This document shows positions 48,622 through 59,239 of a DNA stretch of 64,000 nt, one piece after another. The stretch's first letter is position 1. Every line of letters starts with the position of its first letter. The translations under genes were made by a program, and so were the position numbers. Below the pieces are notes generated by a model. It saw only the letters and a list, made by a program, of their open reading frames with translations, did no database searches and was not told the origin of the DNA. Where the stretch lies: assembly GCA_963826785.1 (NCBI GenBank), contig CAWGYD010000004.1:320001-384000 (forward strand). The letters are read 5' to 3'. This DNA is from an uncultured delta proteobacterium (lineage in GTDB: Bacteria; Desulfobacterota; Desulfobacteria; Desulfobacterales; Desulfosalsimonadaceae).

Positions 48622-50295
48622 ATGATGAAGAATACATACGACTATGATTTTATCGTGATCGGTTCGGGTTTCGGGGGGAGTGTCTCCGCCCTTCGCCTGG
48701 CGGAAAAAGGGTACAAGGTGGCGGTTCTGGAAAAAGGGAAGCGCTGGAAAACCGAGGATTTCCCCAAGACCAACTGGAACATCCGGAAAAACCTGTGGCT
48801 GCCCGCCATCGGCTGCTACGGCTATCAGATGGTCACCCAGTTGAAGCATGTGCTGATTTTTCACGGCGGCGGGGTGGGCGGCGGGAGTCTGGTGTATGCC
48901 AATCAGCTGCTGGTTCCCCCGGATGAAGTGTTTAAACGGCCCGAATGGGGGCAGGGGGACTGGAAGTCGAAGATGATGCCCTTTTATGAAAAGGCCAAAA
49001 AGATGCTGGGCGCAAATCCCAGCCCCTATGTGGGAAAAGCGGACAAATGCCTCCAGGAAGTGGGCATCGAACTGACCGGAAAAGATACCTTTCATAAAAA
49101 CGACGTGGGAATCTTTTTCGGCACGCCGGAAAAAACCGTGCCGGACCCGTATTTTAAAGGAAAAGGGCCGGAGCGGACCGGGTGCACCTTCTGCGGGGCC
49201 TGCATGATCGGCTGCCCGGTGGGGGCCAAGAACACCCTGGACAAGAACTACCTGTACCTTGCCGAAGGCCTGGGCGTCGATATCATTCCCGAAACCATGG
49301 TCACGGCCATCAGGCCGTCCGGCAACGGATATGAAGTGCTCACCAAAAAATCCACGGGACTGCGGCACCCGGAAAAAACCTATCGTGCCAGCAGCGTGGT
49401 CGTGAGCGCAAGCGTCCTGGGAACGGTGAAACTGCTGAACCAGTGCAGGCAGAACGGTCATCTGCCAAACATTTCCGACCAGCTGGGCAATTATGTGCGC
49501 ACCAATTCAGAGGCCCTGCTGGGCGTAAAATCACGAGACAAGAGTGTCAACTGGAACGATCAGATCGCCATCACTTCCGGCATTTATGCCGACGACACCA
49601 CCCATATCGAAATGGTCCGCTACAACAAGGGCTCCGATGTTCTGCTGAACCTGTTTACCCTGATGACCGACGGCGGCGGAAAAATCCCGCGGGTCCTGAG
49701 GTTTCTCGCAAACATCATCCGGCATCCGATCCGGTTTCTTTCCCTGCTGTGGCCGCTGGGCATGGCCTCGACCACCACCATCGTTTTAGTCATGCAGACG
49801 GATGAAAATTACCTGAAGCTCGACTACAAGCCGCGCTGGTGGCGGCTGGGGGCAAAGAGCCAGAATACGACCATCCCCGAAGGCCTGAGACGTTCGCCGG
49901 CGTATATCCCCATCGCCAACGAGGTCACCCGGCGGCTGGCGGAAAAGATGGACGGCATTCCCGTGAGCGCCATCACCGAAGTCACCATGAACTCGTCTTC
50001 CACCGCGCATATTCTCGGCGGGTGCTGCATGGGTGAATCCCCGGAAGAGGGGGTCGTGAACCGAAGAGGGGAGGTTTTCGGCTACCCGAACCTCTATGTG
50101 GCCGACGGTTCGGTGGTGCCGGCCAACCTGGGCGTCAACCCCAGCCTGACCATCACCGCCCTGGCCGAGTACATCATGGACCAGATTCCGGCCAAACACC
50201 CAAAAACGGCTGATGCCGCAGGAGAAAAGCAGGATTCTGACGAAAAGGCATCCTCAGTGCCCAAAGCGCCCGCCATGCAGCCGGAAAAGGCATGA
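48622..50295 (+). CDS. GMC oxidoreductase (cholesterol oxidase-like)
   Basis: IGSGFGGSV, GVGGGSLVYA, CTFCGACMIGC, AHILGG, VNPSLTITALAE. Confidence 0.92.
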   Translation: MMKNTYDYDFIVIGSGFGGSVSALRLAEKGYKVAVLEKGKRWKTEDFPKTNWNIRKNLWLPAIGCYGYQMVTQLKHVLIFHGGGVGGGSLVYANQLLVPPDEVFKRPEWGQGDWKSKMMPFYEKAKKMLGANPSPYVGKADKCLQEVGIELTGKDTFHKNDVGIFFGTPEKTVPDPYFKGKGPERTGCTFCGACMIGCPVGAKNTLDKNYLYLAEGLGVDIIPETMVTAIRPSGNGYEVLTKKSTGLRHPEKTYRASSVVVSASVLGTVKLLNQCRQNGHLPNISDQLGNYVRTNSEALLGVKSRDKSVNWNDQIAITSGIYADDTTHIEMVRYNKGSDVLLNLFTLMTDGGGKIPRVLRFLANIIRHPIRFLSLLWPLGMASTTTIVLVMQTDENYLKLDYKPRWWRLGAKSQNTTIPEGLRRSPAYIPIANEVTRRLAEKMDGIPVSAITEVTMNSSSTAHILGGCCMGESPEEGVVNRRGEVFGYPNLYVADGSVVPANLGVNPSLTITALAEYIMDQIPAKHPKTADAAGEKQDSDEKASSVPKAPAMQPEKA

Positions 50296-50329
50296 GGGTC
50301 GGAGAATGGGCGAAATGGCGGATCTAACG

Positions 50330-51055
50330 TCATTTCCCAAGTGCATTATTGAGGTATTGATACAGCTCTTTTAACTGCGCATCCGAGATCGCCGATTTCG
50401 AAAAGGCGGGCATGGGCGGCGGGGCATTGCGGATCCAGGCATTGAAGGTGACGGGACTTGCCAGCATCACGGAGCCGCAAATGCCCCGCTCCGGCTGGAT
50501 GTTGTTGGCACCGCCGGGGTGGCAGCCCACGCAGTGATTGGAAAATACCTGCTGGCCGGCCTGAAACGCCTCGGGTGCCGGAAAAACCCGTTCGCCGTAA
50601 GCGACCACCCCGCCGAAATACCCCAGTGTGACAACCGCCAGAAGCGCGGCCGTATAGATCCCCATCAAACCCTTCGATACCACCGCTCCGTTTCGATATC
50701 CCAGGAAAATGGCGATGCACAGGATGATGAACAGAAATCCGGCCATTCCCATTTTGATCTTGAACGCAAACAGCATCGCGCCGGCAAAATAGTGCTGCCA
50801 GTCCAGGGCTCCCCCGGCGACGGTGGTAAACCAGAAAAGCAATGCGAGCAGAATGCATAGCCGGGCGGCCCGTGCGTATGTCGACGATCCGAATGGGGAG
50901 ATCGCCTGCAGCCGTGTCCAGCGGTAGAGCATAAAGGAGATCAGTCCCAGAATAAAAGCACCCATGACCAGCCCGATGGGCATGTGGACCTGGGTGGCAT
51001 GCACCGGATGGGTATATCCGATGGCGTGCATCGCATTATAAAAAGCATCGACCAT
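50330..51055 (-). CDS. Membrane protein (DUF2231-like) fused to a monoheme cytochrome c
   Basis: HPVH..VHMPIG, four TM segments, GYFGG, CVGCH, PPMPAF. Confidence 0.85.
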   Translation of the reverse strand: MVDAFYNAMHAIGYTHPVHATQVHMPIGLVMGAFILGLISFMLYRWTRLQAISPFGSSTYARAARLCILLALLFWFTTVAGGALDWQHYFAGAMLFAFKIKMGMAGFLFIILCIAIFLGYRNGAVVSKGLMGIYTAALLAVVTLGYFGGVVAYGERVFPAPEAFQAGQQVFSNHCVGCHPGGANNIQPERGICGSVMLASPVTFNAWIRNAPPPMPAFSKSAISDAQLKELYQYLNNALGK

Positions 51056-51499
51056 TTTTCCATCCCGCCAACAGGGTGAACGGACCCGTTCTTAACTTTT
51101 CGGCCCGTAATAGGCCAAAAAAGTATAGGCCTCGTAAAGACTATGCAATAGGGTCGAGAATGTATTTTTATCCATTCCTGACCGTACCCGCTGCCTGAAC
51201 CCAAGCCACATCTTTAACGACAGAGTCCCTTTTTGCCTGTCTACTGACCGTAAGATGTCTTTACCGTCGATTGGTCAGTGAAATACGGGTTACATTGTAT
51301 TGCGGAACACCTGTTATGAATTTATGATGTTGAATATCAGAAGATGATAAATCAATTATTTAAAATTAATTCAAATCGATAAATTAAAAAAATCATTTCA
51401 TTTGGGTCTCGGTTTTTTAGCATCATGAGAATATCATAACGATTAATGTCCGATATCCAAAAGTGCTTCTAACCTTTCAGGCAGGAGAGGGGGAGGTCA

Positions 51500-52843
51500 A
51501 TGCAGCGCGTGTTCCATTTTAGCGGAAATATTCTGGCATTTTTCATGGTTCTGTGTTTTTTATGTGCCCCGGATGTCCATGCCGTACCGAGCTACGCCCG
51601 GCAGACCGGCCTGGCGTGTGCCCAGTGCCACCGGGCCTTTCCGCAGCTCACCAGCTTCGGGCGCGAATTCAAGGCGGGAGGATATACCCTGTCGCAGCTG
51701 AAATCGATCACCGCAAAAGGAGGGACAACGGCGCCCCTGAAGCTCAACGAGGTCCTGCCCTTATCCCTGATGTTTCAGGCCGCCTATGAGCGCACCGATG
51801 AAAAACAGCCGGGGACCCAGAACGATGACGTATATTTCCCGCAGCAGTTCAGCGTGTTTCTGGCCGGTGAGATGACGCCCCATGTGGGCACCTTCCTCCA
51901 GGTGACCTACACCCAGGAAGATGACAAATTCAGCATGGACAATACCGACATCCGCATCGCATACACCACGGCCCTGATGGGGAAACAGTTTGCCTACGGC
52001 CTCACCCTCAACAACAATCCCACGGTGGAGGACCTGTGGAACAGCACCCCGGCCTGGGGATTCCCGTTCGCCTCCCCGGACGATGTGCCGGCGCCTGCAG
52101 CCGCAGCGCTGGTGGACGGCGGGCTGGGGCAGGAGGCGGCGGGCCTGGGCGCATACGGGTTCTACAACCGGCAATGGTACGGGGACGTGACCCTGTACCG
52201 CACCGCCCAGATCGGGGGGCCGGAACCCCCCTCCGCCGACAGCGAGGACACTATCAACGATGTGGCGCCCTACTGGCGGTTTGCCTGGCAGATGCACGAC
52301 GCCCCCTACCTGTTGGAACTGGGGACCTACGGCCTTTATGCGAAGCTGTATCCTCAGGGCGTATCCGGGGAAACCGACAACTACACGGATCTGGGTTTCG
52401 ACTGGGAGTTCAGCCGGCAGATCGGCGATGATGAAATCGTATTTCAGGGGACCTACATCTATGAAACCGTGGACCTGGATGCCAGTTTCGCCGCTGGGAA
52501 TGCGAGTCATACGTCCAATGACCTCCACACCGCCCGGGCAAATGCCAGCTACTACCTGGACGGCAGCTACGTATTCACGCTCGCCGGATTTTTAATCCGG
52601 GGCGACAAGGACAATCATTTCTACTCCAACTCCGATGACCCGCTCCAGACCAGCGCCGGCGGGAGCCCGGACAGCGACGGCATCATCGGCCAGGCGGCGT
52701 ATTACCCCTGGCAGAACCTGCGGCTTTCGCTGCAGTACACCTATTACACGCAGTTCAATGGGAGCAAGGATAATTACAATGGCCAGGGAAGGGATGCCAC
52801 GGACAACAACACCCTGTACGTTCTGGCCTGGTTCATGTGGTAG
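51500..52843 (+). CDS. cyc2: Cyc2-like outer-membrane cytochrome c-porin fusion
   Basis: Signal peptide, then VPSYARQTGLACAQCHRAFPQLTSFGREFKAGGY; beta-strand-rich remainder with an aromatic C-terminus. Confidence 0.85.
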   Translation: MQRVFHFSGNILAFFMVLCFLCAPDVHAVPSYARQTGLACAQCHRAFPQLTSFGREFKAGGYTLSQLKSITAKGGTTAPLKLNEVLPLSLMFQAAYERTDEKQPGTQNDDVYFPQQFSVFLAGEMTPHVGTFLQVTYTQEDDKFSMDNTDIRIAYTTALMGKQFAYGLTLNNNPTVEDLWNSTPAWGFPFASPDDVPAPAAAALVDGGLGQEAAGLGAYGFYNRQWYGDVTLYRTAQIGGPEPPSADSEDTINDVAPYWRFAWQMHDAPYLLELGTYGLYAKLYPQGVSGETDNYTDLGFDWEFSRQIGDDEIVFQGTYIYETVDLDASFAAGNASHTSNDLHTARANASYYLDGSYVFTLAGFLIRGDKDNHFYSNSDDPLQTSAGGSPDSDGIIGQAAYYPWQNLRLSLQYTYYTQFNGSKDNYNGQGRDATDNNTLYVLAWFMW

Positions 52844-52950
52844 CAGCGGATGGACAAGCGGGTAAAACATGTTCATCATTTTCAGCAGGCAAAACACCCT
52901 TTTTCATACCTGCAGGCGGAAGCCTCGCATATCCAGAAAGGAAACCGAAG

Positions 52951-53307
52951 ATGAAAAGAATACTGATGTGGACCCTGGCGGGTCTTGTTGCGGGTGCCGT
53001 CTTCATGGGCGGCGTGTTGAATGCAGCCGGCGATGAGGCCGCCCAGGGCAAGCAGGTCTTTGACAATCGCTGCGCTCTGTGCCACGGGCAGAATGGGGCC
53101 GGGGACGGCCCGGCGGCATCTTCTTTTACTCCGCCGCCGGCAGATTTTACCAAGGCCGGTTTCTGGGACCGTAAAGATATCGATAGCATCATTTCCCAGA
53201 CCATCCAGAACGGCAAGGGGGCCATGCCGCCGGTGCCGCTGAGCAGTGATCAGGTCAAGCAGGTGACGGCCTATATGACCCAGAACTTCAAGCCATCGGG
53301 CAAGTAA
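52951..53307 (+). CDS. Periplasmic monoheme cytochrome c
   Basis: Signal peptide, CALCHG, GAMPP. Confidence 0.92.
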   Translation: MKRILMWTLAGLVAGAVFMGGVLNAAGDEAAQGKQVFDNRCALCHGQNGAGDGPAASSFTPPPADFTKAGFWDRKDIDSIISQTIQNGKGAMPPVPLSSDQVKQVTAYMTQNFKPSGK

Positions 53308-53500
53308 AACGTTAGAATTTGACCACCCCGCGTAATCCGGGGGCCCAGCCGTTTTCTTGATCTTTGCCGGGATGGATGAAGTAGAGGATGTCCGGCTGGA
53401 ATGACAGATGCGGCCTGATTCACGGATGCACGTCCATTCCATCCGCCCTTATCCGCGGCAAACAATATCTGCGCCAATTCGAAATAAGGAGCAAAACAAC

Positions 53501-55336
53501 ATGGCAGTCAAAGAAAACGGACAGTTGGAAAAAATCGCCGCGCTGATGCGCTATTACATGCTCAAGATGACCTCCCAGGCCGGTTCCGGGCATCCCACTT
53601 CCGGGCTTTCAGCCGCCGATTTGATGTGCGGGCTTTTTTTCGGGGGGTATTTCCGGTTCGATCCACAGCGGCCCGCCCATCCCAACAACGACCGCCTGAT
53701 ATTTTCCAAGGGGCATGCCTCCCCGCTCCTGTATGCCCTGTGGGGGGCCGCCGGGCAGATCAGCGAGCAGGAGATCATGACCTACCGGAGCTTCGGCAGT
53801 GTGCTGGAGGGGCATCCCACTCCCCGGTTCAGGTATGTGGATGCGGCCACCGGATCACTGGGGCAGGGGCTTTCCATGGGCGTGGGCATGGCCATCAATG
53901 CCAAATACCTGGACAAGCTCCCCTACCGGACCTTCGTGCTGCTGGGGGACAGCGAAATGGCCGAGGGCTCCCAGTGGGAAGCCATTCAGCTGGGGGCCTA
54001 CTACAAACTGAACAACCTCATCGGCATCATCGACGTGAACCGGCTGGGCCAGCGCGGCGAGACCATGTACGGCCATGATATCGAAGCCTACGGGAAACGG
54101 GTGAACGCCTTCGGCTGGACCCCGATTCTGGTTGACGGCCATTCTTTTCCGGAAATACGCGATGCCTATGAAAAGGCGCTCAAACCTTCAAACGACCGGC
54201 CGGTCATGATCATCGCCAAAACCATCAAGGGCAAGGGGGTTCCGGCGGTCGAAGACAAGAACGGCTTCCACGGCAAGCCGGTCAAGGACCTGGAAGAAGC
54301 CATCGCGGGACTCGGAAAGATCGATCATTCGGTCAGGGGCGAACTGAAGCAGCCGGAAGATCTTTTCCCGCCGGAAATTGCGGCCGGACAAATCGCGCCG
54401 CCGGATTACCCCAAAGATGAGCCGGTGGCCACCCGAAACGGCTATGGAAATGCCCTGAAGCGCATTTATCCGAAATTTCCGGATATGGTCAGCCTGGACG
54501 GAGAAGTGAGCAACTCCACCCGGGCCGAATTTTTCAAAAAGGCGCATCCCGACCGGTTTTTCGAGATGTTCATTGCCGAGCAGAACATGGTGGGGGCGGC
54601 CCTGGGCCTCCAGAGCCGGGGCAAGATCCCCTTTGTCTCCACCTTTGCGGCGTTTCTGACCCGGGCCTATGACCAGATCCGCATGAGCCACTACTCGGAT
54701 GCCAACATCAAGTTCGTCGGCTCCCATGCCGGCGTGTCCATCGGCCAGGACGGTCCTTCCCAGATGGGCCTGGAGGACATCGCCATGTTCCGGGCGATCC
54801 TGGACAGCGTGGTCCTCTACCCCTGCGATGCCGTATCGGCGGAACGGCTGGTGGAGCAGGCCGCCGATCACGAGGGGATGGTCTACATCCGGACCACCCG
54901 GGGGAAAACACCGGTGATTTATGACGCCAATGAACAGTTTCCCATCGGCGGCAGCAAGGTGCTGAAGAAGACCGGGAATGACAAGGCCACCGTAATCGGC
55001 GCCGGCATCACCCTGCACGAGGCGCTCAAAGCCCATGACGAGCTGAAACAGGAAAACCTGTCCATCCGCGTCATCGACCTCTACAGCATCAAGCCGATCG
55101 ATGAGCAAACCCTTCGGGCGGCGGCCGAAGAAACCGCCTTTATCGTCACCGTCGAGGATCATTATGCCGAAGGGGGCATCGGGGAAGCGGTCCGCAGCGC
55201 TCTTTTTGACACCGGGGTGCCGGTCCATTCCCTGGCGGTGCGGAAAAAACCCCGGAGCGGCAAGCCCGGCGAACTTCTTGATTTCGAGCAGATCTCCAGC
55301 AAAGCCATTGTCGCCAAAGTCAAAGAGGCATGCTGA
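53501..55336 (+). CDS. tkt: Transketolase
   Basis: SGHPTS, SKGHA, TGSLGQG, GDSE, IAEQNM, DGPSQM. Confidence 0.96.
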   Translation: MAVKENGQLEKIAALMRYYMLKMTSQAGSGHPTSGLSAADLMCGLFFGGYFRFDPQRPAHPNNDRLIFSKGHASPLLYALWGAAGQISEQEIMTYRSFGSVLEGHPTPRFRYVDAATGSLGQGLSMGVGMAINAKYLDKLPYRTFVLLGDSEMAEGSQWEAIQLGAYYKLNNLIGIIDVNRLGQRGETMYGHDIEAYGKRVNAFGWTPILVDGHSFPEIRDAYEKALKPSNDRPVMIIAKTIKGKGVPAVEDKNGFHGKPVKDLEEAIAGLGKIDHSVRGELKQPEDLFPPEIAAGQIAPPDYPKDEPVATRNGYGNALKRIYPKFPDMVSLDGEVSNSTRAEFFKKAHPDRFFEMFIAEQNMVGAALGLQSRGKIPFVSTFAAFLTRAYDQIRMSHYSDANIKFVGSHAGVSIGQDGPSQMGLEDIAMFRAILDSVVLYPCDAVSAERLVEQAADHEGMVYIRTTRGKTPVIYDANEQFPIGGSKVLKKTGNDKATVIGAGITLHEALKAHDELKQENLSIRVIDLYSIKPIDEQTLRAAAEETAFIVTVEDHYAEGGIGEAVRSALFDTGVPVHSLAVRKKPRSGKPGELLDFEQISSKAIVAKVKEAC

Positions 55337-55828
55337 ATGACCGGCAAGACGCAATTTCCGGGACAGGATGCCTTTCGGGTCGTCCGGGTCGGGGTGGCGG
55401 CGGACCACGGCGGCTTCGAGCTGAAAACCCGGCTGGCGGAACTGCTGCGCCTGGCCGGCTATGATGTGGTCGATTTCGGTGCCGACCGGCTCGTCCCGGA
55501 TGATGACTATCCGGATCTGGTGATTCCGCTGGCCCGGGCCGTGGCGGCCGGCGAAGTGGACCGGGGGCTGGCGGTCTGCGGCAGCGGAGTGGGGGCGTGC
55601 ATGGCCGCCAATAAAGTCACGGGCGCGCGGGCTGCGCTGATCACCGATGGCTTTTCCGCCCACCAGGGGGTGGAGGACGACGACATGAACATCATGTGCC
55701 TGGGGGGCCGGGTGACCGGTCATGCCCTGGCCTGGGACCTGGTGCGGACGTTTCTGCACTCCCGGTTCAAGGGGACCGAGCGGTTCCGGCGGCGACTGGA
55801 CAAGATCCGGGCGCTGGAGGGGAAATAG
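55337..55828 (+). CDS. rpiB: Ribose-5-phosphate isomerase B
   Basis: ADHGG, DDYPD, CGSGVG, ANKV. Confidence 0.94.
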   Translation: MTGKTQFPGQDAFRVVRVGVAADHGGFELKTRLAELLRLAGYDVVDFGADRLVPDDDYPDLVIPLARAVAAGEVDRGLAVCGSGVGACMAANKVTGARAALITDGFSAHQGVEDDDMNIMCLGGRVTGHALAWDLVRTFLHSRFKGTERFRRRLDKIRALEGK

Positions 55829-55835
55829 TAAAGAA

Positions 55836-55945
55836 GTCAGGAGCCGGAAGCCAGAAGATACATTGTCCTTCGCTCCTTCTGATAATGATGAGCCGAAGGC
55901 GAAAACCATATTCTGGATTCTGGATTCTGGATTCTGGCTTCTGGA
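55836..55945. repeat. Heptamer repeat hairpin
   Basis: TTCTGG(A/C) five times at 55911-55945, complementary to GCCAGAA-like units at 55836-55856. Confidence 0.75.
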
Positions 55946-55982
55946 TTTTTATCCGTTTTGAATTGAGAATACAGGAGAGAAA

Positions 55983-58814
55983 ATGAACCCACTGCTCAAA
56001 ATACAGGAATTCGGCCAGAGCATCTGGATGGATTTTATCCGCCGGCAGCTCATCACCTCGGGTGAACTCCGGCAACTCATCAGGGAGGACGGCCTGCGGG
56101 GCGTGACATCCAACCCCAAGATTTTCGACAAGGTGATCGCCGGCAGCCGCGACTATGACGACGACATCCGGGCCATGGCCCTGGAGGGCAGGCACATCGA
56201 AGCGATCTACCAGGCCATCACCGTGAGGGACGTGCAGATGGCGGCGGACCAGTTCCGCCCGCTGTACGACGAATCCGAAGGTGCGCACGGGTTTGTCAGC
56301 CTGGAGGTCAATCCCCACCTGGCCCATGACACGGAGGGGACCATCGCGGAAGCGCGTCAGCTCTGGAAACTGCTCGACCGGCCCAACGTCTTCATCAAGG
56401 TTCCGGCGACAAAGGAAGGCCTGCCGGCCATCCAGCAGCTGATCAGCGAGGGAATCAACGTCAATGTCACCCTTCTGTTCGGCCTGCCCCGCTACAGGGA
56501 GGTGGCAAACGCCTATATCAGCGGCCTGGAGGAGCGCGCCGCCCGGGGCGAACCCCTGGAGCGCATCGCATCTGTGGCCAGCTTTTTTCTCAGCCGGATC
56601 GACGTGCTGGTCGATCCGAAACTGGAAAAGATGGCGCAGCGGGCGGGCGAGATCGGTGAGGTGGCCGAAAAATGCCAGGGACAGGTGGCCATTGCCAGCG
56701 CCCGCCAGGCCTACCAGATCTACAGGGAAATTTTCGAAGGCGGCCGCTTCCGGAAACTGGCGGAAAAGGGGGCCCGTTCCCAGCGGGTCCTGTGGGCCAG
56801 CACCAGCACCAAGAATCCCGCCTATGCCGATGTGAAATACGTGGAAGCCCTGATCGGCGAAGAAACCATCAACACGCTGCCCCAGGAAACCCTGGACGCC
56901 TACCGGGATCATGGAGCGCCGGAGGCCCGGCTGGAGAACCACCTGGACCAGGCCCGCAGCGTGTTGAAAAATCTGGCCGAACTCGACATCAACATCGATG
57001 CGGTCACCCAGCAGCTGGAAGACGAAGGGGTGGAAAAGTTCAACAAGCCCTATGACAGCCTGATGGAGACGCTGAAAAAAGCCCGGGCCGCGGCACTGGA
57101 AGAACCGGTGGACCAGCAGCTTATCGAACCCGAAGACTACCGGCAGGAGGCGAAAAAGCAGATCGCCGATCTGGAGAATAAATCCTTTGCCGTCCGCCTG
57201 TGGCGCAAGGACCCTTCGCTGTGGAGCGATGAGGAAAATGTTTGCGGCCAGATCAAAGAAAGCCTGGGCTGGCTGCACGTGGCCACCAGGATGGAGGAAA
57301 ACGTCATTGAACTGGAGGCATTCCGGGACGAGGTGAAGGCCGCGGGATTCAGGCACGTGGTGCACATGGGGATGGGCGGCAGCAGCCTGGCCCCCCTGGC
57401 GTTTCAGCGGACGTTTCCCATCGGGGAGAAAGGGATGCCGCTGACGGTGCTCGACACCACCGACCCGGCCACCATCAGAGACATCGATCACCGGGTGCCG
57501 CTGGAAAAAACGCTTTTCATCATCGCCAGCAAATCGGGAACCACCGCCGAACCCCTGGCGTTCGGCGAATATTTCTTCAACCGGGTCAAAGCGGTAAAAG
57601 GCGAAAAAGCCGGGGAAAATTTCGTGGCCATCACCGATCCCGGGACGCACCTGGAAAACCTGGCCCGGGAGCAGGGCTTTCGACAAACTTTTTTAAATTT
57701 CAAGGACATCGGCGGACGATATTCCGCACTTTCCTATTTCGGCCTGGTGCCGGCGGCCCTCATGGGGCTGAATGCAGGGGAACTGCTGGTGCGCTCGCTG
57801 CGGATGTGCCATGCCTGCGGATCACCGGTACCCGTTGAAGACAATCCCGGTGTGGTGCTGGGGGCGCTTCTGGGGCAGCTGGCGAAATCCGGTCGGGACA
57901 AGGTCACCTTTATCATGCCCCCGGCCATTGAGACGCTGGGCATGTGGCTGGAGCAGCTGCTGGCGGAAAGCACCGGCAAGCAGGAAAAGGGGCTTCTGCC
58001 GGTGGCGGGCGAGCCGGTGGGGCCGCCCTCCTTTTACGGAAAGGACCGGGTATTTGTCTATACCCGGCTGTCCGGGTCGATTGATGAACGCCTGGAGCGC
58101 AGCGTGGCCGCCCTGAAGGCGGCGGGACACCCGGTGATCACCATCGACATGGGCGACCTCATGGACCTGGGGCAGGAGTTTTTCCGCTGGGAGATCGCCA
58201 CGGCCACCGCCGGCGCGGTCATCGGGATCAACCCCTTCGACCAGCCCAATGTCCAGGAGAGCAAGGAGAACACCAATCGGCTGCTCAAGACGGCCGAAAA
58301 AGAGGGTGGGCTGCCGAAAGAAAAACCGGCACTTTCCGAAGGGGTCCTGAGCCTCTACTGCCCGGATAATATCAAGGGGAAAACCATTTCGGATGCGCTG
58401 GCCTATTTTTTAAAAGAGCAGGTCCGTCCCGGCGACTATATCGCGCTACTCTCCTATATTACCGAAGAAGCGGCCGCCGACCGGATCATCTCGAGTCTCC
58501 GCCAGCGCCTGGGGCAGCAGTTTAATACCGCCACCACATCGGGATACGGGCCGCGGTATCTGCATTCCACCGGCCAGTTCCACAAGGGGGGGCCCAATTC
58601 GGGCATTTTTATCCAGTTGACCCAGGATACCGCGGAAGACGTCAATGTCCCCGGAAAATCCTACTCGTTCGGCATACTCCGGGAGGCCCAGGCGAAAGGG
58701 GACTTGGAGGCCCTGAACCGCCACGGCCGCCGGGCCCTGCGCATCCACCTGGGCGCCGATGCCGGCAGAGGCCTTCTCGAACTGGAAAAAGCCGTCAGCA
58801 GCGCACTGGTTTAA
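55983..58814 (+). CDS. Bifunctional transaldolase / glucose-6-phosphate isomerase
   Basis: GVTSNP, FIKVPAT, WASTSTK; GMGGSSL, SKSGTT, GGRYS, NPFDQPNVQESK. Confidence 0.96.
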   Translation: MNPLLKIQEFGQSIWMDFIRRQLITSGELRQLIREDGLRGVTSNPKIFDKVIAGSRDYDDDIRAMALEGRHIEAIYQAITVRDVQMAADQFRPLYDESEGAHGFVSLEVNPHLAHDTEGTIAEARQLWKLLDRPNVFIKVPATKEGLPAIQQLISEGINVNVTLLFGLPRYREVANAYISGLEERAARGEPLERIASVASFFLSRIDVLVDPKLEKMAQRAGEIGEVAEKCQGQVAIASARQAYQIYREIFEGGRFRKLAEKGARSQRVLWASTSTKNPAYADVKYVEALIGEETINTLPQETLDAYRDHGAPEARLENHLDQARSVLKNLAELDINIDAVTQQLEDEGVEKFNKPYDSLMETLKKARAAALEEPVDQQLIEPEDYRQEAKKQIADLENKSFAVRLWRKDPSLWSDEENVCGQIKESLGWLHVATRMEENVIELEAFRDEVKAAGFRHVVHMGMGGSSLAPLAFQRTFPIGEKGMPLTVLDTTDPATIRDIDHRVPLEKTLFIIASKSGTTAEPLAFGEYFFNRVKAVKGEKAGENFVAITDPGTHLENLAREQGFRQTFLNFKDIGGRYSALSYFGLVPAALMGLNAGELLVRSLRMCHACGSPVPVEDNPGVVLGALLGQLAKSGRDKVTFIMPPAIETLGMWLEQLLAESTGKQEKGLLPVAGEPVGPPSFYGKDRVFVYTRLSGSIDERLERSVAALKAAGHPVITIDMGDLMDLGQEFFRWEIATATAGAVIGINPFDQPNVQESKENTNRLLKTAEKEGGLPKEKPALSEGVLSLYCPDNIKGKTISDALAYFLKEQVRPGDYIALLSYITEEAAADRIISSLRQRLGQQFNTATTSGYGPRYLHSTGQFHKGGPNSGIFIQLTQDTAEDVNVPGKSYSFGILREAQAKGDLEALNRHGRRALRIHLGADAGRGLLELEKAVSSALV

Positions 58815-58823
58815 AGCCGCATT

Positions 58824-59174
58824 TTACGATCCCGACTCCTGAATCGTTTTCAGATAGGCAATGATATCCTGCATTTTCTGTGAATCGGGCGGAAGTGCAT
58901 TCCCTTGCAGGGCCATGGTGATGCACTGGTTAATGGCCGTGGTGAGCTGGTCGCTCTTTCCGGCCGGGGTGCTAAAGTTCTGTTTTTCCGTGACCCCGGC
59001 CAGCCCCTTGCCATCGGGATGGCAGGTACTGCATGCCTTGTCGTTCGTGCTGCCGCTCAGATTCGGATCATCGAACAGTTTTTGGCCTTCATCTGCGTTT
59101 CCTGCCGCATAGGCCAGCGAGAAAACCAGCCCCAGGATAACCAGTCCCATCATCATGCTTTTCAACGTTTTCAT
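58824..59174 (-). CDS. Exported monoheme cytochrome c
   Basis: Signal peptide, CSTCH, INQCI. Confidence 0.85.
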   Translation of the reverse strand: MKTLKSMMMGLVILGLVFSLAYAAGNADEGQKLFDDPNLSGSTNDKACSTCHPDGKGLAGVTEKQNFSTPAGKSDQLTTAINQCITMALQGNALPPDSQKMQDIIAYLKTIQESGS

Positions 59175-59239
59175 ATCCGATCTCCATTTTCTGTTGTGTT
59201 GTCGAGTTGGCCAGAATCCCCCATGCCGCATGGAGGGAC

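Noticed and set aside
51056..51300. Riboswitch in the cyc2 divergent intergenic region
   Set aside because: A weak hairpin (ACTGACC...GGTCAGT) is present but no riboswitch consensus could be recognised
54188..57686. Long antisense ORFs (573 and 639 aa) and similar shadow ORFs elsewhere
   Set aside because: They lie opposite well-supported genes, lack motifs, and are expected from high GC at third codon positions
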